A program made the position numbers and the translations under genes. From an uncultured Thermomicrobiales bacterium (GTDB lineage: Bacteria > Chloroflexota > Chloroflexia > Thermomicrobiales > UBA6265), in assembly GCA_902806345.1 (NCBI GenBank), contig CADCWF010000296.1, positions 1 to 60,577 on the forward strand: a stretch of 60,577 bases of DNA. Direction: 5' to 3'. Each line of letters begins with the position of its first letter. The first letter of the stretch is position 1. The notes beneath the pieces were generated by a model, which worked only from the letters and a program-made list of their open reading frames with translations, was not told the DNA's origin and searched no databases. Below are positions 31,677-42,010 of the stretch, piece by piece.

Positions 31677-32461
31677 TACTGGGCCAGGAAGCCGCCGTCG
31701 ACCGGCAGGATGGCGCCGGTGACGAAGGAGGCCTCGTCGGAGGCGAGGAAGAGGATCGCCCGCGCCACCTCGTCCGGTTCGCCGATCCGGCCCATCGGGT
31801 GGGCTTGTTCGATGGTGGCCAAGTACTCGGCGCCGCCCGGTTCGTCCGGCAGTTGCTTGACGCGGTCGGTGCGGATGGTGCCGGGGGCGACGGCGTTGAC
31901 CCGGATGCCCCGGTCGGCCCACTCGATGGCGAGGTGCTTGGTGATGCCGGAGGCGACGAACTTGGCCGGGCCGTAGGCGGCCTGCCGTTTCTGGCCGGCG
32001 AGGCCGGAGATGGAGGAGAGGCAGACGATGCTCCCGCCGCCGGTCTCAAGCATGGCGGCGATGGCGTGCTTGCAGGAGAGGAACATGCCCCGCCCGTCGA
32101 TCGCCATCACCGCGTCCCACTCCTCGGGCGTCGTCTCCAGCGCGTCGGAGAGGGGGATGATGCCGGCGTTGGCGACGAGGACATCGAGCCGCCCGAACCG
32201 GCCGACGGCGGCGTCCACCGCCTGCCGCACGTCGGCGTCCTGGGAGACGTCGCCGGCGACGGTCGTCACCTCGGCGCCGGACGCCGTCAGCTCGTCGGCC
32301 AGTCGCTCTAGCGCCGCCGCGTTGACATCGAAGAGCGCCAGCCGCGCCCCCTCGCGGGCGAACAGCTCGGCGGTGGCGCGGCCGATGCCGGCGGCGGCAC
32401 CGGTGACGAGACAGGCCTTGCCGCGGAGGCGGCCGAGTGCTTGGGGAGCGGGGTCGGTCAC
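31676..32461 (-). CDS. Short-chain dehydrogenase/reductase
   Basis: TGAAAGIG, ANAG, YGPAK, IRVNAVAPG. Confidence 0.95.
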   Translation of the reverse strand: MTDPAPQALGRLRGKACLVTGAAAGIGRATAELFAREGARLALFDVNAAALERLADELTASGAEVTTVAGDVSQDADVRQAVDAAVGRFGRLDVLVANAGIIPLSDALETTPEEWDAVMAIDGRGMFLSCKHAIAAMLETGGGSIVCLSSISGLAGQKRQAAYGPAKFVASGITKHLAIEWADRGIRVNAVAPGTIRTDRVKQLPDEPGGAEYLATIEQAHPMGRIGEPDEVARAILFLASDEASFVTGAILPVDGGFLAQ

Positions 32462-32580
32462 GGGGTCCTCCTGAGCGGTGCCGCCGGCATCGCGAACGGT
32501 AGGGTCGCCGCCGCCGATCGGCCTGCTCCACGGCCATCAATCCGAGCGGCTAAACAAGACCGGCAGCTGCGCCGCCGAGT

Positions 32581-32704
32581 CCGGCGCTGAAGCACCGGGC
32601 TGAAGCCACGAAGGACCCTTAAGGGCCCTGAGCACGGGGTGGTGGTCGGGTCGCGTCTCGTCTCCTCGTCTCCTCGTCTTCCCGACTCACGACTACCGAC
32701 TCCC
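32581..32704. repeat. Family C half-element plus short 7-8-mer tandem repeats
   Basis: CCGGGCTGAAGCCACGAAGGACCCTTAAGGGCCCTGAG, then CTCGTCTC repeats and CCGACTC-like repeats. Confidence 0.55.
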
Positions 32705-33514
32705 CGGCCCTCGTTGCCGCGGCACCAGCCCGATCGCCCGCGCCGGGCCGGCCGAGCCGCCGGCGATCTTGAGCGGCAGGCAGACGAAGAGGGCGCCGCG
32801 GGGCGGCAGCTTGTCCAGGTTGGCGAGCAGCTCGACGAAGACCATGTTGCGGCCGAGGCCGAAGACGTGGGGGGGCACCCCGGCGTGGCTGGCGCCGACG
32901 CTGACGCCGTCGAGGCCGACGACGGTGGCGCCGCGGTCGAGCAGCAATCGCAGCGTCGGCACGCCGGGGGTCGGCCAGCCGGGGCCGCGGCCCAACAGGA
33001 ACGGCTCGCGGGCGTAGCGGTCGCCCTCCGGCGGCGGCTGGTAGAAGCGGTCCCAGCCGGAGGCGAAGAGGACGATGTCGCCGGGCCGGAGGGCGCCGTG
33101 CTCGGCCTCCCACGCCTCGACCATCCCCGGGGTGATCTCGGGGCTCTCGCCGTGCTCGCCCTGGCCGGTCAGGTGCGAGACGTCGATGACGGCGGCGGGG
33201 CCGATCAGGCGGGAGAGATCGAGCTTGTCGACGGTGAGGGTGCCCAGCTCGCCTTCGTGCGGGAGGCCGGAGCCGGGCGGCGGGACGAAGTGGGCCGGGG
33301 CGTCGACGTGGGTGCCGCAGTGCTCGTCGAGGAGGACGAAGCCGGTGTGGTAGGGGCCGATGGGGCCGAACCAGTTGAAGACCTTGCGCTGGAACGGCAC
33401 GTGGGTCGGCCAGGCGCCGGGCAGCTCCTCGGCCAGGGTGACGGTGAGGTCGACGACCTCGCTGGTGGCGAGGGCGGCGGTCAGGGCGGCGAGGGAGGGG
33501 GCGGCGTCGGGCAC
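32693..33514 (-). CDS. Cyclase family (kynurenine formamidase-like) metallohydrolase
   Basis: EHCGTHVDAPAH, VELLANL, PLKIAGGSAGPARA. Confidence 0.92.
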   Translation of the reverse strand: MPDAAPSLAALTAALATSEVVDLTVTLAEELPGAWPTHVPFQRKVFNWFGPIGPYHTGFVLLDEHCGTHVDAPAHFVPPPGSGLPHEGELGTLTVDKLDLSRLIGPAAVIDVSHLTGQGEHGESPEITPGMVEAWEAEHGALRPGDIVLFASGWDRFYQPPPEGDRYAREPFLLGRGPGWPTPGVPTLRLLLDRGATVVGLDGVSVGASHAGVPPHVFGLGRNMVFVELLANLDKLPPRGALFVCLPLKIAGGSAGPARAIGLVPRQRGPGSR

Positions 33515-33622
33515 GGGCGGCTCCGGGGCAGGGCGGCAGGTCGATGGGGGGGAGGCTAGCAGAACCGGGGGAGGGGGTGGAACCTGGCGTCAAGCAGGTT
33601 CGCTCCGGACATGGGAACGCCG

Positions 33623-33666
33623 GCCCTCACCCCCCAGCCCCCTCTCCCGATGCGCGGGAGAGGGGG
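33623..33666 (+). repeat. REP-like repeat family A
   Basis: CCCTCACCCCCCAGCCCCCTCTCCCGATGCGCGGGAGAGGGGG. Confidence 0.75.
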
Positions 33667-33702
33667 TGCAGCCTCCCGTTGTTGGGGAACCCAATTGCCA
33701 TA

Positions 33703-33850
33703 TCACGTCCACGACTCACGAGAGCGTGGGAGCGCCGTCTCCAGGCGGCCGACGAACTCGGCCAACGTGATCCCGAGGGCGGGGCAGAGGGCGCCGGCTT
33801 CGAGCAGATCGAAGCGGCCTTCGCCAGCCTCGATCTTGGAAATGACGGGG
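33703..33850 (-). pseudogene. XRE-family HTH remnant
   Basis: VISKIEAGEGRFDLLEAGALCPALGITLAEFVGRLE matches the C-terminal half of small XRE regulators; the N-terminal helices are missing. Confidence 0.55.
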
Positions 33851-33890
33851 GGGGACGCCGAGGCGGGTGGGACCAGGTACTCATCGCGGT

Positions 33891-35336
33891 TCACGCCAGC
33901 GCCGGCATCATCTCTCCGTGGGCCGCGAGCAGGTCGTCCACCAGGGAGACGATTTGCTCCGGGTCGAGCTCGGCAGCGGTGTGGGGGTCGAGCAGCGCGG
34001 CCTGATAGACGTGCTCGCGCTTGCCGGTCAGCGCGGCCTCGACGGTCAGCTCCTGGACGCCGATGTTGGTCCGCATCAGGGCCGCCAGTTGGGGCGGCAG
34101 CGCCCCGACGACCGTCGGCTGGACGCCGAGGCGGTCGACCAGACAAGGGACCTCGACGCAGCAGCCGGCCGGCAAGTTGGTGATGGGACCCGGGTACCGG
34201 TTCGGCACGTTGCCGTAGACGACCCGGGGCTCACCGGTCTCGGCGCTGTGGATGATCAGCGTGCCGTACTCCCCAGAGTGGCCGCCGGCGTGCTCGGCCT
34301 CGGCGGCCAGCTCGGCCTGCCGCAGGCGGTCCGCCCGCGACGGGTCCTCCTTGGCCACCATCGCCAGGCGCCGCTCGGTCATCCCGTGGAGCTGGCCCGC
34401 CCGGGCTGCCTCGTAGCGGGGCAGCGCGTCCGGGTCGGCGGCGGTCAGCGCCTCTCGGAACTCGCCCCACTCGGCGATCTGGTCGACGCAGCGGGCCGGG
34501 TACTCGTCGAGCGGGACGTTGTAGCGGTCGATCAGATCGGCCCGGCCCGGCTTGATGAACCAGGGGACGTACTCGGAGAAGTGCTCGCTCGACTCCGTGA
34601 CGAAATGGCCGAAGCGGCGGAAGACCTCGAACCGGACCCGCTCCCAGGCGGGGTAGTCGCCCGATTCGGCCAAGGCCCGGAGGGCCGGGTAGAGGTCCTC
34701 CCCGTCCCGCTCGAACCGCAGGTAGAAGGCGACGTGGTTGATCCCGGCGCAGAGGTAGTCGACCTCGTCGAACGGGACGTCGAGCCACCCCGCGAGGTCG
34801 GCGGCGGTGCCCTGGACGCTGTGGCAGAGGCCGACGGTGCGGATGGTGGTCGCCCGCTCCATCGCCATGCAGAGCATCGCCATCGGGTTGGAGTAGTTGA
34901 GGAAGAGGACGTCCGGGCAGACCTCCTCCATCCGGCGGCCCATCTCCAGCATGACGGGGATCGTCCGCAGGGCGCGCATGATGCCGCCGATGCCGAGGGT
35001 GTCGCCGATGGTCTGCCGCAGGCCGTACTTCTTCGGGATCTCGAAGTCGGTGACGGTGGCCGGCTTGTAGCCGCCGACCTGGATCATGTTGACGGCGTAG
35101 TCGGCCCCGTCCAGCGCCCGCCGGAGGTCGGTCGTCGCCTCGACGGTGGGGGAGGCGCCGGCGTCGTCCGCCAGCTTGCGGGCGACCCCCTCGGTGTCCG
35201 CCAGCCGCCCGGGGTCGATGTCCATCAGGGCGATGGTCGAGCCGTGCAGCTCCGGGAAGGTGAAGAGGTCCTGGAGCAGGTTGCGGGCGAAGACGGTGCT
35301 GCCCGCCCCGATGAACGCGATCTTGGCCTTGGCCAT
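33891..35336 (-). CDS. melA: Family 4 glycoside hydrolase (alpha-galactosidase/glucosidase, MelA-like)
   Basis: IGAGSTVF, QTIGDTLG, LNYSNP, VGLCHS, AGINH, ESSEHFSEY, VEVP. Confidence 0.9.
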   Translation of the reverse strand: MAKAKIAFIGAGSTVFARNLLQDLFTFPELHGSTIALMDIDPGRLADTEGVARKLADDAGASPTVEATTDLRRALDGADYAVNMIQVGGYKPATVTDFEIPKKYGLRQTIGDTLGIGGIMRALRTIPVMLEMGRRMEEVCPDVLFLNYSNPMAMLCMAMERATTIRTVGLCHSVQGTAADLAGWLDVPFDEVDYLCAGINHVAFYLRFERDGEDLYPALRALAESGDYPAWERVRFEVFRRFGHFVTESSEHFSEYVPWFIKPGRADLIDRYNVPLDEYPARCVDQIAEWGEFREALTAADPDALPRYEAARAGQLHGMTERRLAMVAKEDPSRADRLRQAELAAEAEHAGGHSGEYGTLIIHSAETGEPRVVYGNVPNRYPGPITNLPAGCCVEVPCLVDRLGVQPTVVGALPPQLAALMRTNIGVQELTVEAALTGKREHVYQAALLDPHTAAELDPEQIVSLVDDLLAAHGEMMPALA

Positions 35337-35496
35337 GCTGGTGTTCTCCCTCGTCGTGCGTTCTCGCTCGGGTGATGGGGGCGAATGTGTGCCGCTTGTC
35401 CCGCCATCCTACTCGGGAGCGGCGAGGGCGGCTCGCGATCCGCACCCCGGAGTCGGCGCGCCGAGCCCGGCGATGCATCACCGACGCGGCCCCGCG

Positions 35497-35709
35497 CCCG
35501 GCCCTAAAGGGACCGGGCTGAACGGTCGAAGGACCCTGAAGGGCCCTGATGACGGATGGCGCGGGAGGGCATCGGGTTGCGGATGAGTCGACGACCTTGG
35601 GTCTGCTAGCGGCCGGCTGGCGGTTGCCCCACCGTCGTTCTCAGCCCGATTCATCGGGCTTCGTTGCCTTAGCCCGGTCCCTGTAGGGCCGGGCTAAGGC
35701 AACGAAGCC
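35497..35709. repeat. Family C inverted pair ending in a perfect 21-bp-stem hairpin
   Basis: GGCTTCGTTGCCTTAGCCCGG-N11-CCGGGCTAAGGCAACGAAGCC at 35657-35709. Confidence 0.75.
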
Positions 35710-36920
35710 GCCGTACCGCGGGCGACATTGAACCCCGAATCGAGCGCTCGGGACGGCGGGCGCGGAGTTGTCCCTGGCGCCGACGGTCTCTCCACTCTCC
35801 CAGTTCGGCCGCCGCTACCGAACGACATCGCAGGGACACCTCCCTGCCAAATCAGCCGGAGCGCATTCTCCCGGTACACCTTCCGCAGCACGTCGTCCGG
35901 CAGGTCCAGCGCGGAGACGTTCCAGCGGCCCTGACCTCCGCCGTAGTCGAAATACTCGTCGCGGGTCTCGAGGAACCGGTACCAGCGCCGGTACGCCGCC
36001 AGGTTCGGCGCCGCGTCGCTGCCGAAGAGGATGCGGTCCTGCCAGCGGAGGAAGAAGTCCCGGGCGGAATAGGGCTGCCGCCCCAGCTCCGCCATCCGGG
36101 CCGATGGGTCGACGTGGAAGTTGGGGAACGCCGCCAGGGCCTCCCCCACCCAGGCCAGGTTCTCGGCGTAGCAGCCGACGTGGGCGCCGATGAAGACGGT
36201 CCGCGGGTGGCGGCCGAGGAGGCCGGCGAACTGCTCCATGATCTCCTCGAAGGGCGGGAAACCGGGGTAGGCGGGGTCGGGTTCGGGCCGGGTCGGGAAG
36301 AAGTGCCAGTCGGGGTGTGCCGCCAGCTCCTCAATGCGCTCGTTGAAGCGGTCGGCCGGTTGGAAGAACGCGACCGGGTCGGCGACGTGGATCATGACCG
36401 GCAGCCCAAGGTCGGCCGCCGCCGCCCAGAGCGGATCGAGGCGCTCGTCGTCGACCGCGATCAGGTGGTCGCGCCCGTCGCGCAGGCGGAGGCCGAGGGT
36501 CTTCCAGACCTTGAGGCCGCGGGCGCCGGCGGCGGCCGATGCCCGCAGCCGCCGCGCCTCGGTCTCGCCGAACGCCGGGTCGGTCGCGAAGGTTCCGTCG
36601 TCCAGCCCGCAGAAGACCGCGAACCGGTCCGGGTGGGGCGCCTGCAAGCGAGCGATCTCGCGGGCCAGGGCGTCCCCGAAGCGGCCGTCGAGGTCGACGA
36701 TCCGCTCGACGCCGGCCTCGTCCATCAGCGCCAGCAGCTCACCGACCGGCCGCCCCGGCCAGTCGCCGCTGGCGTCGCCGAAGGCGCCGCCGAGGTGGTT
36801 GTGGGCGTCGATCGCGGGGAACCGTGGCCGGTCCGGTGCCCCCGCACGGGCGAGGCGCAGCTCCGGCCGGGGCGCGAAGTCGCGCAGGAGCAGCGTATCC
36901 AAATCGACGGACCGGCTCAC
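35694..36920 (-). CDS. Amidohydrolase family protein (Amidohydro_2)
   Basis: IDAHNH, IHVADP, GAHVG, LFGSD. About 50 C-terminal residues look like a non-conserved extension. Confidence 0.9.
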   Translation of the reverse strand: MSRSVDLDTLLLRDFAPRPELRLARAGAPDRPRFPAIDAHNHLGGAFGDASGDWPGRPVGELLALMDEAGVERIVDLDGRFGDALAREIARLQAPHPDRFAVFCGLDDGTFATDPAFGETEARRLRASAAAGARGLKVWKTLGLRLRDGRDHLIAVDDERLDPLWAAAADLGLPVMIHVADPVAFFQPADRFNERIEELAAHPDWHFFPTRPEPDPAYPGFPPFEEIMEQFAGLLGRHPRTVFIGAHVGCYAENLAWVGEALAAFPNFHVDPSARMAELGRQPYSARDFFLRWQDRILFGSDAAPNLAAYRRWYRFLETRDEYFDYGGGQGRWNVSALDLPDDVLRKVYRENALRLIWQGGVPAMSFGSGGRTGRVERPSAPGTTPRPPSRALDSGFNVARGTAASLP

Positions 36921-38254
36921 GCGGCGAACCGGGGCAGGAACGGCGCGTGCGCTGCCAGCGCCTCGTCCAGCATCGCTTCAGCCGTCTCGACCGAGGGAAC
37001 CAGCGGGTCGGCGAGCAGCGCCTGGAGCGCCAGGGCGCGGTCGCCGGCGAGCGCCGCGTCGACGGTCAGCTCCTGCTGGTGGACGCGGGCGGCGAGGAGG
37101 GCGGCGATGCCGTCCGGCAGGCGGCCGACCGCGACGCCGTGGACGCCGCGGCCGTCGACCAGCCCGGGGACTTCCACCACCGCCTCGGGCGGCAGGTTGG
37201 GGACCAGCCCGTCGTTGCGGACGTTGACCGCCAGCTCGGTCAGCGGCTCGCCCGTCGCCATCGCCTCGACGATGCCGACCAGCCGCTCGCCCTCGCGGGC
37301 TTCGTCGAAGAGGGCGCGGTCCAGCTCGGCCTGTCCCGCCGCCTGCTCGGCGATCCGGTCCCACCGCTCGTCGCGGGAGGCGAGGATCCGGTTCGTCATG
37401 TCCAGCCCGGTTTGGGTGCCGTAGGCGAGACCGGCGCCGTCCTCGGTCCGCCGCAGGAAGTAGGGGAAGAACTCGGCGACATGGCGGTCGCCCGGCGACG
37501 GGTAGAAGCCGTACAGCGCCATCAGGCGGGCGCTGACCTCCTGGAACCCCTCGTAGGGATCGCCGGAAGTCGGCGGCGGCGACGCTTGCCAGCCGTGGAC
37601 GAGTTCCCGGAAGCTGGGGTAGACATCCTCCCCGCCGTGGCGCAGGTCGAGCACCCAGGCCAGGTGGTTGAGTCCGGCCGCGGTCAGGCCGAGGTCGGCC
37701 GGGCGGAGCCCGAGGTCGTGGGCGATCGCGGCCCGGGTGTGGAGCACGCCGTGGCAGAGGCCGACGCACTTGATCGGACTCGTCTTGTGGACGGCACGGA
37801 CCAGCGGCGTCAGCGGGTTGGTGTAGTTGAAGAGCCAGGCGTCCGGGCAGAGATCCTCCATGTCCCGCGCGATGGCGACCAACTCCGGCACGTGCCGCAG
37901 CGCCCGGAAGACGCCGCCGGGGCCGACGCTGTCGCCGACGGTCTGCCAGACCCCGTGCCCCTCGGGGATGCGGACATCGCGCTCCCAGGCCCGCGCCCCG
38001 CCGACGGCGATGGTGACGGTGACGATGTCGGCCCCGGCCAGCACCCGCCGCCGGTCGGCCGCGTGCTCGACCCGCAGCCCGACGCCGCGCTCGCGGGCGA
38101 CCCGCTCGGCGTAGCGAGCCATCGTCGTCGCCGCCCGCTCGTTGATGTCGACGAGGGCGACCGTCGCGTCCGCGAAACGCGCCGAGCCCGTCAAGTCGGC
38201 GATCAGGCCGGGGGTGAAGACGGTGCTGCCGGCCCCGATAATGACGATTTTCAC
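36917..38254 (-). CDS. Second family 4 glycoside hydrolase
   Basis: IGAGSTVF, QTVGDSVGPGG, FNYTNP, VGLCHG, AGLNH, VVEVP. Confidence 0.92.
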   Translation of the reverse strand: MKIVIIGAGSTVFTPGLIADLTGSARFADATVALVDINERAATTMARYAERVARERGVGLRVEHAADRRRVLAGADIVTVTIAVGGARAWERDVRIPEGHGVWQTVGDSVGPGGVFRALRHVPELVAIARDMEDLCPDAWLFNYTNPLTPLVRAVHKTSPIKCVGLCHGVLHTRAAIAHDLGLRPADLGLTAAGLNHLAWVLDLRHGGEDVYPSFRELVHGWQASPPPTSGDPYEGFQEVSARLMALYGFYPSPGDRHVAEFFPYFLRRTEDGAGLAYGTQTGLDMTNRILASRDERWDRIAEQAAGQAELDRALFDEAREGERLVGIVEAMATGEPLTELAVNVRNDGLVPNLPPEAVVEVPGLVDGRGVHGVAVGRLPDGIAALLAARVHQQELTVDAALAGDRALALQALLADPLVPSVETAEAMLDEALAAHAPFLPRFAA

Positions 38255-38414
38255 GAAGCAACCCCCCGATTACGGAATCCAGGTGAACGGTGGGCATTGG
38301 CGCGCGGCGGCGTACCCCGCAACTCTGAGGCGAAGCCGATGAATCCCTTTCCGACTGGGCCGACCACCAGCGGACGGCCGCTGCGGCGGCGGGTCCTCCC
38401 CGAGAACCCGAGGA

Positions 38415-38444
38415 GAGATCCTTCGCCTGCGGGCTCAGGATGAC
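38415..38444. repeat. REP-like repeat family B arm
   Basis: GAGATCCTTCGCCTGCGGGCTCAGGATGAC, identical to 45120-45149. Confidence 0.8.
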
Positions 38445-38582
38445 TTGGGGGCAGGCAAGCCTCCTACCGGATTCTCGTATAACGTGTCTCGTCTCGAAGG
38501 AAACACCCATCATCGCCCCACGGTTCCCTTCCCCTGTCGCCGCGGCGGGCGGCCTCGGGGCGGCGAGTCGGGGGTGAGGGCA

Positions 38583-39434
38583 TCACTTCATCCCGGCCAG
38601 GACCAAGGCCTTGACGATCTGGCGCTGGAAGATCAGGAAGACGACCAACACCGGCACCACCGCCATCGTCGCCGCCGCCATCACCAGGTCGTAGCGGGTG
38701 GCGTTGACGCTGTTGAAGAAGGTCAGCGCCAGCGGCAGGGTGCTCTTCTCGAGGTCGTTGATCGCCACCAGCGGCCAGAGGTAGTCGTTCCAGGAGGCGA
38801 GGAAGGTGAAGACGCCGAGGGCGGCCAGGGCCGGCCGCACCAGCGGCACCACGATCCGCAGGAAGATCGCCCACTCCGAGGCGCCGTCGAGGCGGGCCGC
38901 CTCGATCAGGTCGCTCGGGATCCCGGCGACGAACTGGCGGACGAGGAAGATGCCGAAGGCGCTGACCACCCCCGGCAGGATCAGCGCCCAGAGGGAGTTG
39001 AGCAGGCCGAGCCGGTTGGCGACGAGGTAGTTGGGGATCAGCAGCACCGGGAAGGGGATCATCAGGGTCGCCAGGACCAGGGCGAAGAGCGGCTTCTTCA
39101 GCGGGAACTCGAACTTGGCGAAGATGTAGCCGCCGAGGGCGCTGGTCGCCATCGCCAGGAAGGTGACCGCCCCGGCCACGACCAGGCTGTTGCGGTACCA
39201 GGCGCCGTAGGGGGCCTCGGCAAGGACGGTCCGGAAATTGTCCAGCGTCGGCGACTGCGGCAGGAGAGTGGGCGGCGATTGCAGGATCTCGGCCGAGGGC
39301 TTGAAGGCGGCCGCCAGCATCAGCAGCAGCGGCAGCACGAAGACGAGCGAGGCGACGGCGAGGGTCGCCACCAACAGCCACGGCCAGAGGTCGCGCTGCC
39401 GCCGGCCGGGGCGGCTGGGCAAGAGGGTGGCCAT
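38583..39434 (-). CDS. Carbohydrate ABC permease (CUT1)
   Basis: EAA loop IEAARLDGA; WNDYLWP. Confidence 0.95.
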   Translation of the reverse strand: MATLLPSRPGRRQRDLWPWLLVATLAVASLVFVLPLLLMLAAAFKPSAEILQSPPTLLPQSPTLDNFRTVLAEAPYGAWYRNSLVVAGAVTFLAMATSALGGYIFAKFEFPLKKPLFALVLATLMIPFPVLLIPNYLVANRLGLLNSLWALILPGVVSAFGIFLVRQFVAGIPSDLIEAARLDGASEWAIFLRIVVPLVRPALAALGVFTFLASWNDYLWPLVAINDLEKSTLPLALTFFNSVNATRYDLVMAAATMAVVPVLVVFLIFQRQIVKALVLAGMK

Positions 39435-39437
39435 CGG

Positions 39438-40379
39438 TCAGTACTCCCAGCGCGTGCGGAGGAACCGGAACTGGGCGAGGGTGACCAGCAGGATGATCGC
39501 CATTAGGACGACCGACATCGCCGAGGCGTAGCCGAGCTGCATGTCGGAGAACGCCTTCGAGTAGACGTAGAGGACCATCGTCTCGGTCGAATGGATCGGG
39601 CCGCCCCCGGTCATCACCTGGACGTAGGTGAACTGCTGGAGGTAGGAGATCATCGTCAGCACCGAGACGAAGAGCAGGGTGCGGCCGAGCAAGGGCAGGG
39701 TAATCCCGACGAAGCGGGCCCAACCCCCGGCGCCGTCGGTCTTAGCCGCGTCGTAGAAGTCGTCGGGGATGCCCTGCAACCCCGCCAGCAGGATCAGGAC
39801 GTTGTAACCAAGATCTTGCCAAACGGCCGTGGCCATGACCGCCCAGAGGGCGGTGGCCGGCTCGGACAGCCAGGAGTGTTCCAGCAACCCGACGGCGCCC
39901 AGCGCCACGTTCAGCCAGCCCGTTTGCGGTTCGTAGATGTAGCGCCAGATCAGCGAGACGGCGACCGCCGAGGCGACGGTCGGTAAGAAGAAGGCGGAGC
40001 GGAAGACCGCCCGCAAGCGGGGCACCGCGTTCAAGCCGAGGGCGATCGGCAGGGCGAACAGGAGGTTGAGCGGCACGGCCACCACCGCGTACTTGAGGGT
40101 GGTGCCGAGGGCGCCGAGGAAGAAGGGGTCCTTGGTAAAGGCGAAGGTGAAGTTGTTGAGCCCGATGAAGGGCGCCGTCGGCGCCAACTGGTTGTAGCGG
40201 TGCAGGCTGAGCCAGAGGACGACGCCGATCGGGAGGAAGGCAAAGACGACGAACATCGCCAAGATCGGGATCAACCCGGTCCAGACGAAGGCCATCTGGC
40301 TGGCGTAGCCCGGCGGCCGGGAGCGGCGTGCCGCCCCCGGCCGGGTCGGGGCCAGGACCGAGGTGGTGGGTGCGGCCAT
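39438..40379 (-). CDS. Carbohydrate ABC permease (CUT1)
   Basis: LAGLQGIPDDFYDAAKTDGA; LGYASA. Confidence 0.95.
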   Translation of the reverse strand: MAAPTTSVLAPTRPGAARRSRPPGYASQMAFVWTGLIPILAMFVVFAFLPIGVVLWLSLHRYNQLAPTAPFIGLNNFTFAFTKDPFFLGALGTTLKYAVVAVPLNLLFALPIALGLNAVPRLRAVFRSAFFLPTVASAVAVSLIWRYIYEPQTGWLNVALGAVGLLEHSWLSEPATALWAVMATAVWQDLGYNVLILLAGLQGIPDDFYDAAKTDGAGGWARFVGITLPLLGRTLLFVSVLTMISYLQQFTYVQVMTGGGPIHSTETMVLYVYSKAFSDMQLGYASAMSVVLMAIILLVTLAQFRFLRTRWEY

Positions 40380-40401
40380 GGCGTCGGCCTCCCGCCCGCG
40401 G

Positions 40402-41769
40402 CTACGGGCCGACCGTCTCGTCGATCATGGCGTTGATCTGCTGCTCGGCCTGGACCAGCCCGGTCGCGGCGTCCACCTGGCCGAGGCAAACCGCGGTGAA
40501 GTTGTCGTGGATCGCCTGCCAGAAGCGGTCCCGGTTCTGGACCGGGCCGACCCATTGCCCCAGCGGCAGGACATCGAAGGCCGCCTTGAGGAGGGGGGCG
40601 GCCTCGAGGATGGCCGGGTCGCTCTGGAGCGCCGTCACCGAGGGGATCGTGTAGGTGGCGAGGTTCCAGTCGCGCTGGTTGTCGGGCTGGGCCATGAAGT
40701 CGATGAACCGCCAGGCCGCCTCCTTGTTCTCGGCCGGGGCGGCGGCGTTGACGACCTCGCCCCAGCCCGACTCGGCGGCGAAGCGGTTCTCGGTGCCGGC
40801 GTAGGGCGGCATGTTGACGTAGTCGAAGGCCAACCCGGGGAACTGCTCCTCGCCGACCGGGATCACCCAGGGCCCTCGCATCGCCATCGCCACCTTGCCC
40901 TGGAAGAAAAAGATGAAGCGGGAGTCGTCCGTCCCGTAGGAGGTCTCGTCGTCGACGTGGTGTTTCAGCACCAAGTCGACCTCGTCCTGCCAAGCCTTTT
41001 TGGCGGCGTCGGTCTGGAGGTTGACGTGGACGCCGTCGTCGGCCCAGTAGGTGGCGCCCTGCTGGAGGATCATCGCCAGGAAGAGGAAGGTGATCGAGTC
41101 GTTGTCGGTGAACTGGAAGCCGGCCTGGGTGATCCGGTCCTGGTCGTCGTACTTGGTGGCCTTGACCGCGGCGTCGACCAGCCCCTGCCAGTCCGTCGGC
41201 AGGTCGGTCACCCCGGCCTCCTCCAGCAGGGCCGGGTTGACGAGCATGCAGCCGTTCTCGAGGTTGAACTCCTTGGGCATCCCGTAGAACTGCTCGTTCA
41301 GCCCATAGGCGCCGGCGGCGGCCGGGTAGAAGCGCTCGGCGTAGCCCTCGGCCATCGCCGCCGGCACCGGGTCGAGCAGCCCGAACCCGGCGTACTGGGT
41401 GACCCAGGTGCCGAACATCTGCTGCATGTCGGCGACGTTGCCGGCGTTGTAGCCAGCCTGGAGCTTGCTGATGAAGACCTCGTAGGGGAAGTACTGGTAG
41501 ACGATGTTGACGTCCGGGTTGGCGGCGTGGAAGCGGTCGATCATCGTCGTGTTGGCGTCGACGAAGGCCGGGTTGTTGTGGGTCCACCAGGTGACGTTGA
41601 GCTTGCCCTCGACCGGGGTGGTGACGGTCACCTCCTCCGGCTCGGGCGTCGGGGAGGCGTCCTGCGCCCGCGCCGCCAACTGCCGCTGGAACGCCAGCCC
41701 CGCCGCCAGGGCGGCGGTGCCCCGCAGCACCGCGCGCCGCCCGATCCCGGTCTGCCGTGGCGTCGTCAT
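40402..41769 (-). CDS. Carbohydrate ABC substrate-binding protein with Tat signal
   Basis: GRRAVLRG; FFQGKVAMAMRGPW; AAWRFIDF. Confidence 0.92.
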   Translation of the reverse strand: MTTPRQTGIGRRAVLRGTAALAAGLAFQRQLAARAQDASPTPEPEEVTVTTPVEGKLNVTWWTHNNPAFVDANTTMIDRFHAANPDVNIVYQYFPYEVFISKLQAGYNAGNVADMQQMFGTWVTQYAGFGLLDPVPAAMAEGYAERFYPAAAGAYGLNEQFYGMPKEFNLENGCMLVNPALLEEAGVTDLPTDWQGLVDAAVKATKYDDQDRITQAGFQFTDNDSITFLFLAMILQQGATYWADDGVHVNLQTDAAKKAWQDEVDLVLKHHVDDETSYGTDDSRFIFFFQGKVAMAMRGPWVIPVGEEQFPGLAFDYVNMPPYAGTENRFAAESGWGEVVNAAAPAENKEAAWRFIDFMAQPDNQRDWNLATYTIPSVTALQSDPAILEAAPLLKAAFDVLPLGQWVGPVQNRDRFWQAIHDNFTAVCLGQVDAATGLVQAEQQINAMIDETVGP

Positions 41770-42010
41770 TGTCGACCCTCCTCGGTCTCGTCGATCGTCC
41801 GACCAATGGGCACGGTAGAGCAGCTAGGCCGGGGCGTCAACATGGAGCCCGGCGGCGGGCGCGGGTGGGCGTTGACCCGCCCCGCCTCGTTCGTCATGAT
41901 CCTGTCGGTGCCGGCCGTCCTGCCGATCGGGCAGCAGCGCTGGCGCTTCGACGACGGGCTCCCCGAGGCCGGGCGGAGTCCGGAGGCGTGCCGCGGGAGG
42001 GTTTCGTCCG

